Below are positions 47,028 through 55,670 of a stretch of 64,000 bases of DNA, one piece after another. The notes under the pieces were generated by a model. It made no database searches and was not told the origin of the DNA. It saw only the letters and a program-made list of their open reading frames with translations. Position numbers and translations under genes: made by a program. This DNA comes from Planctomycetota bacterium (GTDB lineage Bacteria > Planctomycetota > MHYJ01 > WSZJ01), in NCBI GenBank assembly GCA_038060895.1, contig JBBTCT010000024.1, positions 64,001 through 128,000 of the forward strand, in the 5' to 3' direction. How positions within the stretch are numbered: the stretch's first letter is position 1; each line of letters opens with the position of its first letter.

Positions 47028-48455
47028 ATGGCACCGACGCATGTGCTCGTCGTGGACGACGAACCCACGATTCTGGCGCTGTTGAAACTCTCCCTGTCCA
47101 AAGCCGGCGCTCTCGTCGAGGTCGCCGACGGTCCCGCGGCGATCCGGCTCCTGGGCGAGCGCGCGTTCGACTTCGTCCTCTCCGACACGCAGATGCCCGG
47201 GGCTGACGGGCTCGAGGTCCTCGAAGCCGCGAAACGCCTGTGCCCGAACGCGACGCGCGTGCTGATGTCCGGCGATCCCGGCGCGCTGGCACGCGGAGAA
47301 GACCCCGATTCGCCGGCTCAGCACCTCCTGGCCAAACCGATCGACCTCGGCCGTTTACACCGGCTCCTTCAAGCCAGCACCCGCCCGGCCTTCCGCCCGG
47401 ACGAACTCCTGGAATCCATTCGCCGGCGCTACTCGAGCTCGTCGGACGCCGTCTTCGTCAAGGACACGAAGGGCCTGTACCTCTTCATGAATACGACCGG
47501 CGCCTCGCTCCTGCTGCGTCTCGTGCCGGAGATCGTGGGGCGGCTGGACTCCGAGATTTTCGACAGGGCGACGCTGATCGAAGAAGTGCGCGCGTCGGAC
47601 CAGGAGGTCCTACGCAGGCGCCGTCACTATCTTTACGTCAACGCGACGCGCAACCCGGGCACCGCGCGGACGTTTCTGAGCGCGAAGTTGCCGGTGTTCG
47701 ATGCGCGCGGCGAGATCCGCGCGATCGGTTGCCTGAGCCGGGACGTCACGGAGCTGATGGGGCCCGACCCGGGAGATCGATCGGAGCAGATCGACGCGCT
47801 TCTGCGGGACCTGCAAGAAGCGTCCTCGATCCTCGCGGCCGGCGCGAACGCGATCGCGATCGAGCGGCAGGAGGTCGAGCGCTGCCTCCAGGAGCCGCGG
47901 GAAGAGAAGGCGATGACCGGGACGCGGGGGCACGGACAGAGAATCGGGACCCCCGGCGATCCGGGGGCCCCGATGGCGCAATTACCTGCCGATCCGGATC
48001 GTCACTCCCAGGTGGCCGTGGCCGTGGCTCGTGTGCCGGTGAGTCGCCGCGTGAATGTGCCAGCCGCCGTTATGAAAAAAGTGCCCGCAGCCGGCGCGGT
48101 GGACGTGACCGGCGTGGTGAACCCAGCGCGCGCCGTCCCACGAGTGGCCGCAGTGGGCATCGTGGACGTGGCCGTGGGTGACGTGGACGCCGTGGTGGCC
48201 GTGACCAGCGATCGCGTAGACGTGGTGCGCGGGGTGAAGGTGCCAGCCGCCGCTGTGGTAATAGTGCCCGCACCCCGGGCCGTGGCGATGCCGGTTGATG
48301 ACGATCCACGCACCTCCGTCCCAGCAATGCCCGCAGCCGTCGTCGTGGACGTGCACGCCGCCGCCACCCCCACCGGTGTGGTGAACGTGACGGACGCAAC
48401 CCGTAACGGCGTAAGCGAGGATGAGCGCAATGAACAGGACTCGCATGAGCGATAA
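47028..48455 (+). CDS. Response regulator receiver + PAS protein (last ~160 codons overlap an antisense gene)
   Basis: VLVVDDE..SDTQMPGADG..LMSG..AKP; VFVKDTKGLYLFMN..KLPVFDARG PAS. Confidence 0.7.
   Translation: MAPTHVLVVDDEPTILALLKLSLSKAGALVEVADGPAAIRLLGERAFDFVLSDTQMPGADGLEVLEAAKRLCPNATRVLMSGDPGALARGEDPDSPAQHLLAKPIDLGRLHRLLQASTRPAFRPDELLESIRRRYSSSSDAVFVKDTKGLYLFMNTTGASLLLRLVPEIVGRLDSEIFDRATLIEEVRASDQEVLRRRRHYLYVNATRNPGTARTFLSAKLPVFDARGEIRAIGCLSRDVTELMGPDPGDRSEQIDALLRDLQEASSILAAGANAIAIERQEVERCLQEPREEKAMTGTRGHGQRIGTPGDPGAPMAQLPADPDRHSQVAVAVARVPVSRRVNVPAAVMKKVPAAGAVDVTGVVNPARAVPRVAAVGIVDVAVGDVDAVVAVTSDRVDVVRGVKVPAAAVVIVPAPRAVAMPVDDDPRTSVPAMPAAVVVDVHAAATPTGVVNVTDATRNGVSEDERNEQDSHER
47943..47974 (-). 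terminator. Hairpin after the His-rich lipoprotein gene
   Basis: ATCGGGACCCCCGG-cgat-CCGGGGGCCCCGAT, 7 nt past the stop. Confidence 0.55.
47982..48446 (-). CDS. His-rich lipoprotein with four HxHxxxCGH repeats
   Basis: GGAGG RBS; lipobox VTGC; HVHDDGCGH, HRHGPGCGH, HVHDAHCGH, HVHRAGCGH. Confidence 0.85.
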   Translation of the reverse strand: MRVLFIALILAYAVTGCVRHVHHTGGGGGGVHVHDDGCGHCWDGGAWIVINRHRHGPGCGHYYHSGGWHLHPAHHVYAIAGHGHHGVHVTHGHVHDAHCGHSWDGARWVHHAGHVHRAGCGHFFHNGGWHIHAATHRHTSHGHGHLGVTIRIGR

Positions 48456-48568
48456 CCTCCGTTGGAATTTGGCGCGGATTTCGGTCGACGTCAGGGAAGC
48501 GGTCATTCTACCCCGGGGACTTCGTATTACCTTTTGGGATCCGGCCGGGCCCGGCGTAACCTCCTCCC

Positions 48569-49702
48569 ATGAAGCTCGCCCTTCGACTCGCCCTTGTCAC
48601 CGGCATGCTCGGAGCACTCATCGGGTTCCTGGTCGCGCGCAAACGGTTCGCGACGACCCCTGGCTCGACGGACCCCGCTTCCGCGAACAACGCTCCGGAC
48701 GGCGGGAAGGAATCTCCAGGGGGGGACGAGCTGAAGCGCCGGACGGAAGAACTCGCGCGCTCGCAGCAGGAAGCGGCGGCGCTCCGCAGGCAACTCGAGG
48801 CGGCGCAGAAGAGCGACGGCGCGAAGTCGGCGACGCCGGAGGAAATCGCGGCGCAGGTGAAAGGACTGCGCTCGCGCAAGGCGGCGCTGCTCGAGGCAAG
48901 GGACGGCATGGGGCTGCTGCGGCTGATGCAGGAATTCGCGGCGCTGGGCGAGGCGGGGTACGCGGACGCGATGGAGATTTCAGGACTGCTGCGGGAGGAT
49001 CTGCGGGGGAAGAACAAGAAGTTCGGGATCAGCCGGTCGGACTATTTCCGCGCGGTCGGGAGCTCGATGGTGCCGCTGATGAAATGGGCGCTCGCGAATC
49101 CGGACAAGGCGCCCGCGGCGTTCCGGCTGGACGCGGCCGGATTACTGCGCTGGCAGGACCTGGAAGCCGGGCCGGCCTACCTGGAAGCGCTGAAGATCGA
49201 GACGGACGCGCGCGTCGCGGCGGAGATGGCGCGCGCGCTTCGCGGCATGCAGAAACCGGAGATGGCCGCCGACCTCGTCGCGGCAGCGCGCTTCCAGGCC
49301 GCGAATCCGGACGCGCTTCGGCGCCTGCTCGACGCCATTTCCGGGCTGCCGTCTCCAGAGGCGGACGCGGCGCTCCTGGGGCTCGGCTCCGACCCGAACC
49401 CGATCCTCCGGGAAGAAGCCTCTCTCGCGTACACGGCCCTGAACCCCCCGGCGCCCGGCGTGTTGATCACGACGCTGGTCCCCGGCTCGCAGGCGGACCT
49501 GACGGGACTGAAGCGCGGCGACGTCATCGTGTCCTACGACGGTCACGACCTGGGTTCGTTCAAGCAGCTCCGCAACGAAGTCTCGAAGAAGGACCCGGAC
49601 TCGCTGACCAGCATCGTGGTCAATCGCAACGGCCAGCTCGTCACGCTTCAGCTCAAGGGCGGAAAAATCGGCGTGAACGGCAACTACGTGAAGCCGAAAT
49701 AA
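48569..49702 (+). CDS. Membrane-anchored coiled-coil/HEAT/PDZ protein
   Basis: N-terminal TM; HEAT-like helices; GVLITTLVPGSQADLTGLKRGDVIVSYDG (PDZ). Confidence 0.85.
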   Translation: MKLALRLALVTGMLGALIGFLVARKRFATTPGSTDPASANNAPDGGKESPGGDELKRRTEELARSQQEAAALRRQLEAAQKSDGAKSATPEEIAAQVKGLRSRKAALLEARDGMGLLRLMQEFAALGEAGYADAMEISGLLREDLRGKNKKFGISRSDYFRAVGSSMVPLMKWALANPDKAPAAFRLDAAGLLRWQDLEAGPAYLEALKIETDARVAAEMARALRGMQKPEMAADLVAAARFQAANPDALRRLLDAISGLPSPEADAALLGLGSDPNPILREEASLAYTALNPPAPGVLITTLVPGSQADLTGLKRGDVIVSYDGHDLGSFKQLRNEVSKKDPDSLTSIVVNRNGQLVTLQLKGGKIGVNGNYVKPK

Positions 49703-52396
49703 CTATCCGCCCCTCGGGATCGGCATCCACTTTCCTCCCTGCACGTTGAAGTACTCCAGCACTTCGACGGGCAGGTCGCCCGAGGGTTTTCCGTTCCCGA
49801 CGCCGTTGGGCCAGTACTGCGGGATCTTTCCGGCGCCGGTGCCCTCCTTGATGAAGTCAACGGAGCGCCCCATGGCTTCGGGACGGACGCGGACGGCTTG
49901 CCCGCCGCGGCGGACGGAGCCGACGACGCCGCCGTGCCCGAAGCTGGCGCCGCTCGTGGGACCGTCGAGGCGGCCCGATCCGGCGATGCTGCGCAGGCCG
50001 GCGGTGTCGGTGACGTGCATCGGCGGCATCGGTTTGCCCTGGTAGTACTTCGCAAGCGCGGCGTCGAGGGTCTTGCCGGCCGCCGCTTCGCGCTTGAGCG
50101 CCGCCTCGGTGATGTCGCGAAGGACGACCTCGCCGCTCTCGCCCGCCGCGGCGCGTTTGGCCGCGGCCTCGGCGGCCGCGCGGGACTCGGCGCCAAGGGC
50201 GGCGGCGGCCTCTTCGGATTTCATGCCGGCCTTGAGCATGCTCTCGCTCGCGGCGGCGGCGGCAGCCGTGGATTCGCGGGCGGTGGCGGCGGCGACGGTC
50301 TCCGAAGCGACGCGCGATCCGCCGCTGGCGACGCGGGGAATGAGATTGCCTCCCGCGCGGTTGACCCAGCCGAGCAGGGGCGCGACGACGCTCGAACCCA
50401 CTTCACGGAAAACGGGAGCCAGGAGGCCGTGCGCGATCCCGTTGAGCACCGCGCTCTCGGCCAGGTCGCCGAGGAGCCCGGGCCCGAGCCCGCGCAGGTG
50501 CGACTCGAGGTCCTTGCGCTTCTCGGCGTTGTCGTCCTTGGGAGGACCGAACAGATTGTCGAGCGCGCCGGCGGCCGCGTTGTAGGCCTCGGCGAGCTTG
50601 CAGTGGTAGCCGACGATGGGGCCGACGAGCCAGGCGTAGGGCATGACCTGAAGCGGGAGCAGGTACGAGCCCCACTTGAGCTTGCCGCAGAGGTCACGGA
50701 CGCGTTCTTCGGGAGTGCCGGTGGACCAGACGCCGCCGGAGCCGTCGGAGAGGATCCAGACGGCGGAAGGGCCGGGCGAGAGACGGAGGCCGAAGCGCGC
50801 CGAGGTTCCGTCGAGGGCGGTGACGTAGAGCGCGGACTTACCGTCCACCTTGTCGCTCCCGCCGGCAGGAGGATCCGGGGAGAACGCCTTCTTCGCGGCG
50901 AAGAGGCGCGAGACCGCTTCCCAGGACGTCGTGACGTTTTCGCCCAGCGCCACGGCGTCCTCGGCGCGGGCCCAGGCGATGGACCACGCCAGCGCCGCGC
51001 GGCCGCAGGCGTCGGCGGGACCGGAAACGGCGCCGCCGGGCTCGAGGACGTCGAGTCCCCTGAAGCGGAACATTTTCTCGCCCGCGACCCGCATCGACTC
51101 GTGCTCGAGCACGATCGACGGGCGTGCGCGGTGCGCGCGGGTGCCGGCGATTCCGGCGGTCGCGAGGGTGCTGAGTTCGTGGGCAGCTTCGACGAGGGCG
51201 ATGGCGCGCAGCGAGGCGATGTTGAAGGGCATCGCGTCCTTCGGGAAGTCGCCGCCTTCGGCCGGCTTCACGATCTTCGGGTCCCGCGGAGGCGTGACCA
51301 GCGCGCGGGCGATCGGCGCGAAGACGCTTTCCGTCATCGCGATGCGATCCGGGTCGTCAAAGCGTCCGGTGGTGACGGTCAGCCGCGCGAGCAAAGCGAG
51401 GCCGAGCCCGCGGTCGAATTCCGGCAACGCGGCGGGAAAGGAGACGAGCTGCCGCTCCCACGCGCGCGCTTCGTGCGGGCCTTTCAACTCGACGACGACG
51501 CGGACCTGGTCGATGACGCCCTTGGCGGTCTTCGCTTCGAACGCGGTTCCCTTGTGGACGTCCGATCCCACAAGGAGAAATGGGACGAAGCTGGCCAGCG
51601 TGACGGGCATATGGAGGTACGTGACCGCAACGCCGTGCAGGCGGCCCGCAGGAGCCGTGAACGCGAGCGCGAGTTCCTCCGCAGCCCCGCGGTGAACCGT
51701 CGCCCGGAACGACACGCTCCACATCCGCTTCTGCAGCTCGTCCGCGGAGAGCACGACCGCCGCGGCCTTCGCCGCTTCCGGAACCACCGTGTCCGCGAAC
51801 GCCAGGTCCTTCCAGCCCGCCCCTTCCTTCACCTGCACCCAGCAGACGTCCGGCCCCGCGAACGATCCCGTGCCCGAGGCCCACGCCGCCGCGTTCTTCT
51901 TCACCTGCTCCCACAGCGGAGGCAGCACTTCCGCAATCGACTTGCGCACCGACTCGCAGATCGGTTCAGGCACCGACACCGGAACCGCCGCTCCTTTCTC
52001 CGGCCACGCCACCTTCGCGCCCTTCGCCGCGTCGGCCACCATGATCCGCGCTTCCAGTTTCATCGCCGCGAGCACGGCGGCGAGGAAGCGCGCGCGGTCG
52101 AGTGTATTGACGGAAGTGCCTTCGCGGACGTCGGCGGGCTCGACGAAAGATCCGGCGTACGGGACGAGCGCGACGAGGTTTTCCACGTGGGCGCGCGCCG
52201 CTTCGGCGTCCGGCTCCGGAAGCGCGCGTGCGGCGGCGGCGGCGCCGTCGGTGCGGTTAAACGGGCCGGTCTGCTGGAGAAGCGCGAGGGCGCGGACGAA
52301 TTCCCAGCCCTCGTCCTCCTGCGCGACGGCGGCGGAGGGGAAGAGTGCGGCGAACGACATCGCCAGCAGCACGGCGAATGAACGGAGGTTCTGCAT
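49703..52396 (-). CDS. Large secreted protein; transglutaminase-like N-region, candidate ADP-ribosyltransferase-like C-terminal domain
   Basis: Signal peptide; PYAGS..NTLDRARFLAAVL; Ala-rich linker; MHVTDTAGLRSIAGSGRL. Confidence 0.7.
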   Translation of the reverse strand: MQNLRSFAVLLAMSFAALFPSAAVAQEDEGWEFVRALALLQQTGPFNRTDGAAAAARALPEPDAEAARAHVENLVALVPYAGSFVEPADVREGTSVNTLDRARFLAAVLAAMKLEARIMVADAAKGAKVAWPEKGAAVPVSVPEPICESVRKSIAEVLPPLWEQVKKNAAAWASGTGSFAGPDVCWVQVKEGAGWKDLAFADTVVPEAAKAAAVVLSADELQKRMWSVSFRATVHRGAAEELALAFTAPAGRLHGVAVTYLHMPVTLASFVPFLLVGSDVHKGTAFEAKTAKGVIDQVRVVVELKGPHEARAWERQLVSFPAALPEFDRGLGLALLARLTVTTGRFDDPDRIAMTESVFAPIARALVTPPRDPKIVKPAEGGDFPKDAMPFNIASLRAIALVEAAHELSTLATAGIAGTRAHRARPSIVLEHESMRVAGEKMFRFRGLDVLEPGGAVSGPADACGRAALAWSIAWARAEDAVALGENVTTSWEAVSRLFAAKKAFSPDPPAGGSDKVDGKSALYVTALDGTSARFGLRLSPGPSAVWILSDGSGGVWSTGTPEERVRDLCGKLKWGSYLLPLQVMPYAWLVGPIVGYHCKLAEAYNAAAGALDNLFGPPKDDNAEKRKDLESHLRGLGPGLLGDLAESAVLNGIAHGLLAPVFREVGSSVVAPLLGWVNRAGGNLIPRVASGGSRVASETVAAATARESTAAAAAASESMLKAGMKSEEAAAALGAESRAAAEAAAKRAAAGESGEVVLRDITEAALKREAAAGKTLDAALAKYYQGKPMPPMHVTDTAGLRSIAGSGRLDGPTSGASFGHGGVVGSVRRGGQAVRVRPEAMGRSVDFIKEGTGAGKIPQYWPNGVGNGKPSGDLPVEVLEYFNVQGGKWMPIPRGG

Positions 52397-52467
52397 GAAG
52401 TGGCTCCCTCGAGGATTCCGGTTCGAGGGGTCAGTCTAACTTCCGTCTGCGCCCCGGCTGCGGCATG

Positions 52468-52503
52468 AATAGAAACGACCCCTGTGGTGTCACAGGGGTC
52501 GTT
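52468..52503 (-). terminator. Intrinsic terminator after pilin gene
   Basis: AACGACCCCTGTG-4nt-CACAGGGGTCGTT 13-bp stem followed by TCTATT. Confidence 0.8.
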
Positions 52504-52519
52504 GTGAGTCGATCCGTTC

Positions 52520-53098
52520 TTACTTCGTGCCTGCCGGTGCTGCCCAGCCGGAGGTCGTCGAGCCGAGCAGTGCATCCACGACGCCCTGCGTCGGGGATCC
52601 GATCGCGAACACATCGACGCGGCCCTGGAAGAAGAGCACGTTGATGTCGTCGCCGGTCCCGTGGTTCGGGGTGCCGGCCTGGAGGTCATCGCAGCCCATG
52701 GGCAGGTCCGGCGGAGCGCCGTCCGTGATGCCCGTGGCCGTCCAGGTGTAGGTCGCGCCGCCGATGGGGGTGTACGAGCCGGCGCCGGTGATGCCCTTGT
52801 AGTGAGTGCCCGTGCCGCTCTTGCCGACGACCGCGCAGCGGAACAGGTTGCCGTCCGTCGCCATGTCAGGCCGCCAGAGGAGACCGAACCATGAAGCGGC
52901 GCCCGGGGTCGGGTAGGCCTTGAACTTGCCTTCGTAGAGGGCGTAGTAGATGCCCATCTGCTTCAAGCTGTTCTTGCAGTCCGTCTTGCGGCTGGACTTT
53001 CTGGCGGCGGCGAGGGCGGGGAGCAGAAGAGCTGCCAGGATGCCGATGATGGCGATAACGACGAGCAGTTCGATCAGGGTGAAGCCTTTTTTACGCAT
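52520..53098 (-). CDS. Type IV pilin-like protein (N-terminal methylation site, DUF1559-like)
   Basis: MRKKG|[33 protein letters not shown]; C-terminal [11 protein letters not shown]. Confidence 0.92.
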   Translation of the reverse strand: MRKKGFTLIELLVVIAIIGILAALLLPALAAARKSSRKTDCKNSLKQMGIYYALYEGKFKAYPTPGAASWFGLLWRPDMATDGNLFRCAVVGKSGTGTHYKGITGAGSYTPIGGATYTWTATGITDGAPPDLPMGCDDLQAGTPNHGTGDDINVLFFQGRVDVFAIGSPTQGVVDALLGSTTSGWAAPAGTK

Positions 53099-53435
53099 GG
53101 GTGAGTTCCTTGGAAAACGGATGCCAGTGGTTGGGTTGAGAGACGCAGTCACTGCGGGTTCGGTTGTCGTGGCCGCCTCGGAAGGATCTCGAAGTCCGGT
53201 TCCCTCGGCGCCCGACGTGGGGGCGGTCCGGGAAGCAGGCTGTCGTGGTGCGTCCCCGTTCGGGGAAGGGAGTCAGGGCGTCGCTGGCCGGCGATCCGAA
53301 TGCTCGGAATGAATGAATCGGATGAGATTGGGTGGGTGGCCTCGGCGACGACGTGTACGCCCGTTCGCTCAGATCTTCCAGTCGCGGTCCTGCGTGCCTC
53401 ATTTCTCGCAAAGATTGGGTTTAAGATCTTGAAGT

Positions 53436-53463
53436 ATTTTACGGAAAAAATGGATCAAGTCAA
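53436..53463 (-). promoter_or_regulatory. Putative sigma-70 promoter of pilin gene
   Basis: TTGACT-16 nt-TAAAAT in an AT-rich patch. Confidence 0.55.
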
Positions 53464-53523
53464 GGGAATTCATCGATTTTCACACGCTTCCGCCGACGCG
53501 GACGGAAGGCTAGTGGTGAGTCA

Positions 53524-53573
53524 GCTTTGATTCCGGCGGTTGCGTCCGAAGGACGCAACCGGTGGAATCAAGC
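53524..53573. repeat. Intergenic hairpin
   Basis: TTGATTCC..CGGTTGCGTCC-gaa-GGACGCAACCG..GGAATCAA. Confidence 0.6.
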
Positions 53574-53627
53574 GTGTCGAACCGCTAGAATTCCCCCCAA
53601 CGCGCCCATCACCCAAGGGAGAGATTC

Positions 53628-53735
53628 ATGCGATTCGCCGCCATCCTCCGGAAGGCCCTCATGCTCTTCGCACTCGCCAGCCTTGCCACCATGGCCGTGG
53701 GTTGCCCGCACGGCCGTCACTTCCACCATCACTAG
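53628..53735 (+). CDS. 35-aa His-rich micro-lipoprotein
   Basis: AAGGGAG RBS; MRFAAILRKALMLFALASLATMAVG-CPHGRHFHHH*; below the ORF-track size cutoff. Confidence 0.7.
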   Translation: MRFAAILRKALMLFALASLATMAVGCPHGRHFHHH

Positions 53736-53749
53736 GCCGGGCCGCGCGG

Positions 53750-55492
53750 CTACTTCGCCGTCACCCAGACCGGGTTGGTCATTCCCCACGGCTTGAGCCG
53801 GCCGTGAGTGACCACGTCCGCCTCGAACCTCTCCCCCTCCGCAATCACCACGAACCAGCTGTCCCGGTCCGGGGAGAGGTTGACCTTCTGTTGGGCGAGC
53901 GGCTCGAGCGTCTTCACGGTCGTTCCGCGTTCAATCAGCAGGAGCCGCTTCACCGGAGCCCATGCCGGCGTGCGCAGCCGCAGCGTGAGTTCGACGGGGC
54001 CTCTGAGCTGGGAGCCGACGACCGAAACGCCCTTCGCGTCCTCGACGTCGAGCACCGGGCCGCATGAAATGACCAGCCGGTGCGCGCGGACGGCGGCGAC
54101 GAGCTCGGCTTCCGGCGGAAAGCCGTCCTTCCCCGTGATCACGTAGTTGCGCGGCCACCCGCCGTCCTCCGCGGCGAGCTTGTGCGAATCGGAGTTGCCC
54201 GTGGCGGTAAGGCGGTAGCCGGCGTTGAGAAGCGCGTACCAGTCGCGGAGGAGGAGGCCGACCGCGCGCGGGTCGGACTTGCCGTTCAGGATCTCCATTG
54301 CGTCGAAGCCGAGCTCGAAGCCGGCCTCGGGGCTCTTGAGCGTGGCCGGGTCGAACTTCATGATCTCGAAGTACCCGATGCCGCCGTCGCGGCCGTGATT
54401 GACCTGGAGCACGCGGCGTTCGCGCGGAGCGCGGGAGTCGGCGCGGGCGAGAAGAGCGCCGACGGGCATGTCGGTGACGTCGACGGCCTCCGTGAGCGGG
54501 AAAACATTGAAGTGCCCGATTCGGGGCTTCTGCGAAGTGATCTCGTCGCCGATCGACGAGCGGATCACCTTCTCCGCCCCGAGCGCCCGGATCGCAGGGC
54601 CGAAGTCGGTCGCGCGGTTGTGGTCGGTCGAAACGATCCACTCGACGCCCTCGGCCAGGTAACCGGTCACGCGATCCGGCAGCGGAATCCGCGAATCGGG
54701 GCTCGGGTCGGAGTGGACGTGGAAGTCGGCGCTGATCATTCCCGGGGTGTCGAAGGCGCGCTTCGGCTCCAGCGTCCGCGGGTCGCACGCCCACGGGCCG
54801 ACCTCAGCGGTGGCGACCTCGAATTCCGGCCCGCGCGACGCGGTGATCGTGAATGTCCCATCAGCGGGCAGGAGCAGCTCCGCCGTCCCGTCCGCGGTGA
54901 ACGCGCCGCGCCCCGCCGCCCGCGCGAGCCAGTCGGGGCCGAGGCGTGAGGCGCCCTTGACGAGGATCTTCGCCGGGCCGCCCGTCCGCACTTCGATCCT
55001 CCGCATGGGCGCGAGCCGGATGTTGCCGATCTCGAAGTCGTCGAGGTTGGCCGAGTTCACGTCCTTCCCCGCGGCAACGGAGATGCGCGCGCCCTCTTCG
55101 AGTTTCGCTCCCGCCAGAGGCACCCAGGCCGCGTGAGTCGTGCTTCCCTCGGGCCCGGCGTAATCGTTCAGGCGGGCGACGGCCACGCCGTTGATGCGCA
55201 CTTCATCGACGTAAGCGCCCTCCTCGTATTCGCGGTTGTTCGCGTCAACGACGTGACGCACGTCCGCGACAAGTCCCCAGAACAGCCCCGCGGGAAGCGC
55301 GGGCAATTTCGGGATCTCGGCCGACCATTCGGGGCCCAGCGGTTTCTTCGGCGAGAAACTATCGGCTGCGTTGTCGCCGAGGTGGTGCTGCCCTGCGTCG
55401 AGCAGGACAGGGCCCGGGCCGGGCGCCGGCGGCTCGGCGAGCGCGATGGCAAACAAGGTTGAAGCGACGCTGACTGTTCGCGGAATCCGCAT
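53750..55492 (-). CDS. CehA/McbA-family PHP metallohydrolase, secreted
   Basis: ASRGPEF; ADFHVHS..SPDS; STDHN; GDEIT..GHFN; QVNH; TGNSDSH; TNPVWV. Confidence 0.88.
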   Translation of the reverse strand: MRIPRTVSVASTLFAIALAEPPAPGPGPVLLDAGQHHLGDNAADSFSPKKPLGPEWSAEIPKLPALPAGLFWGLVADVRHVVDANNREYEEGAYVDEVRINGVAVARLNDYAGPEGSTTHAAWVPLAGAKLEEGARISVAAGKDVNSANLDDFEIGNIRLAPMRRIEVRTGGPAKILVKGASRLGPDWLARAAGRGAFTADGTAELLLPADGTFTITASRGPEFEVATAEVGPWACDPRTLEPKRAFDTPGMISADFHVHSDPSPDSRIPLPDRVTGYLAEGVEWIVSTDHNRATDFGPAIRALGAEKVIRSSIGDEITSQKPRIGHFNVFPLTEAVDVTDMPVGALLARADSRAPRERRVLQVNHGRDGGIGYFEIMKFDPATLKSPEAGFELGFDAMEILNGKSDPRAVGLLLRDWYALLNAGYRLTATGNSDSHKLAAEDGGWPRNYVITGKDGFPPEAELVAAVRAHRLVISCGPVLDVEDAKGVSVVGSQLRGPVELTLRLRTPAWAPVKRLLLIERGTTVKTLEPLAQQKVNLSPDRDSWFVVIAEGERFEADVVTHGRLKPWGMTNPVWVTAK

Positions 55493-55670
55493 GCACCCGG
55501 GAGTGTACGTTCGGGACGAATCGGTGCCGCTTCGAATCGACCCGGCGCCTCATCCCGGCTTTCCCGATATGGCTCTATGGATCGAATCGACGCGAGCGTA
55601 CGCTACTTGGCGCTCCGCGGCGCTTCTCGTTCCTTCTCCAGTCTCCGCCAGACTCGAAAGGCCAATCCTC

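Noticed and set aside
53230-53290. c-di-GMP-I riboswitch in the pilin leader (GGGGACGCA)
   Set aside because: It lacks the GGCAAAC..GAAA..GACGCAAAGC consensus context.
53568-53789. Minus-strand 73-aa track ORF
   Set aside because: Antisense to the better-supported micro-lipoprotein, which has an RBS and lipobox.
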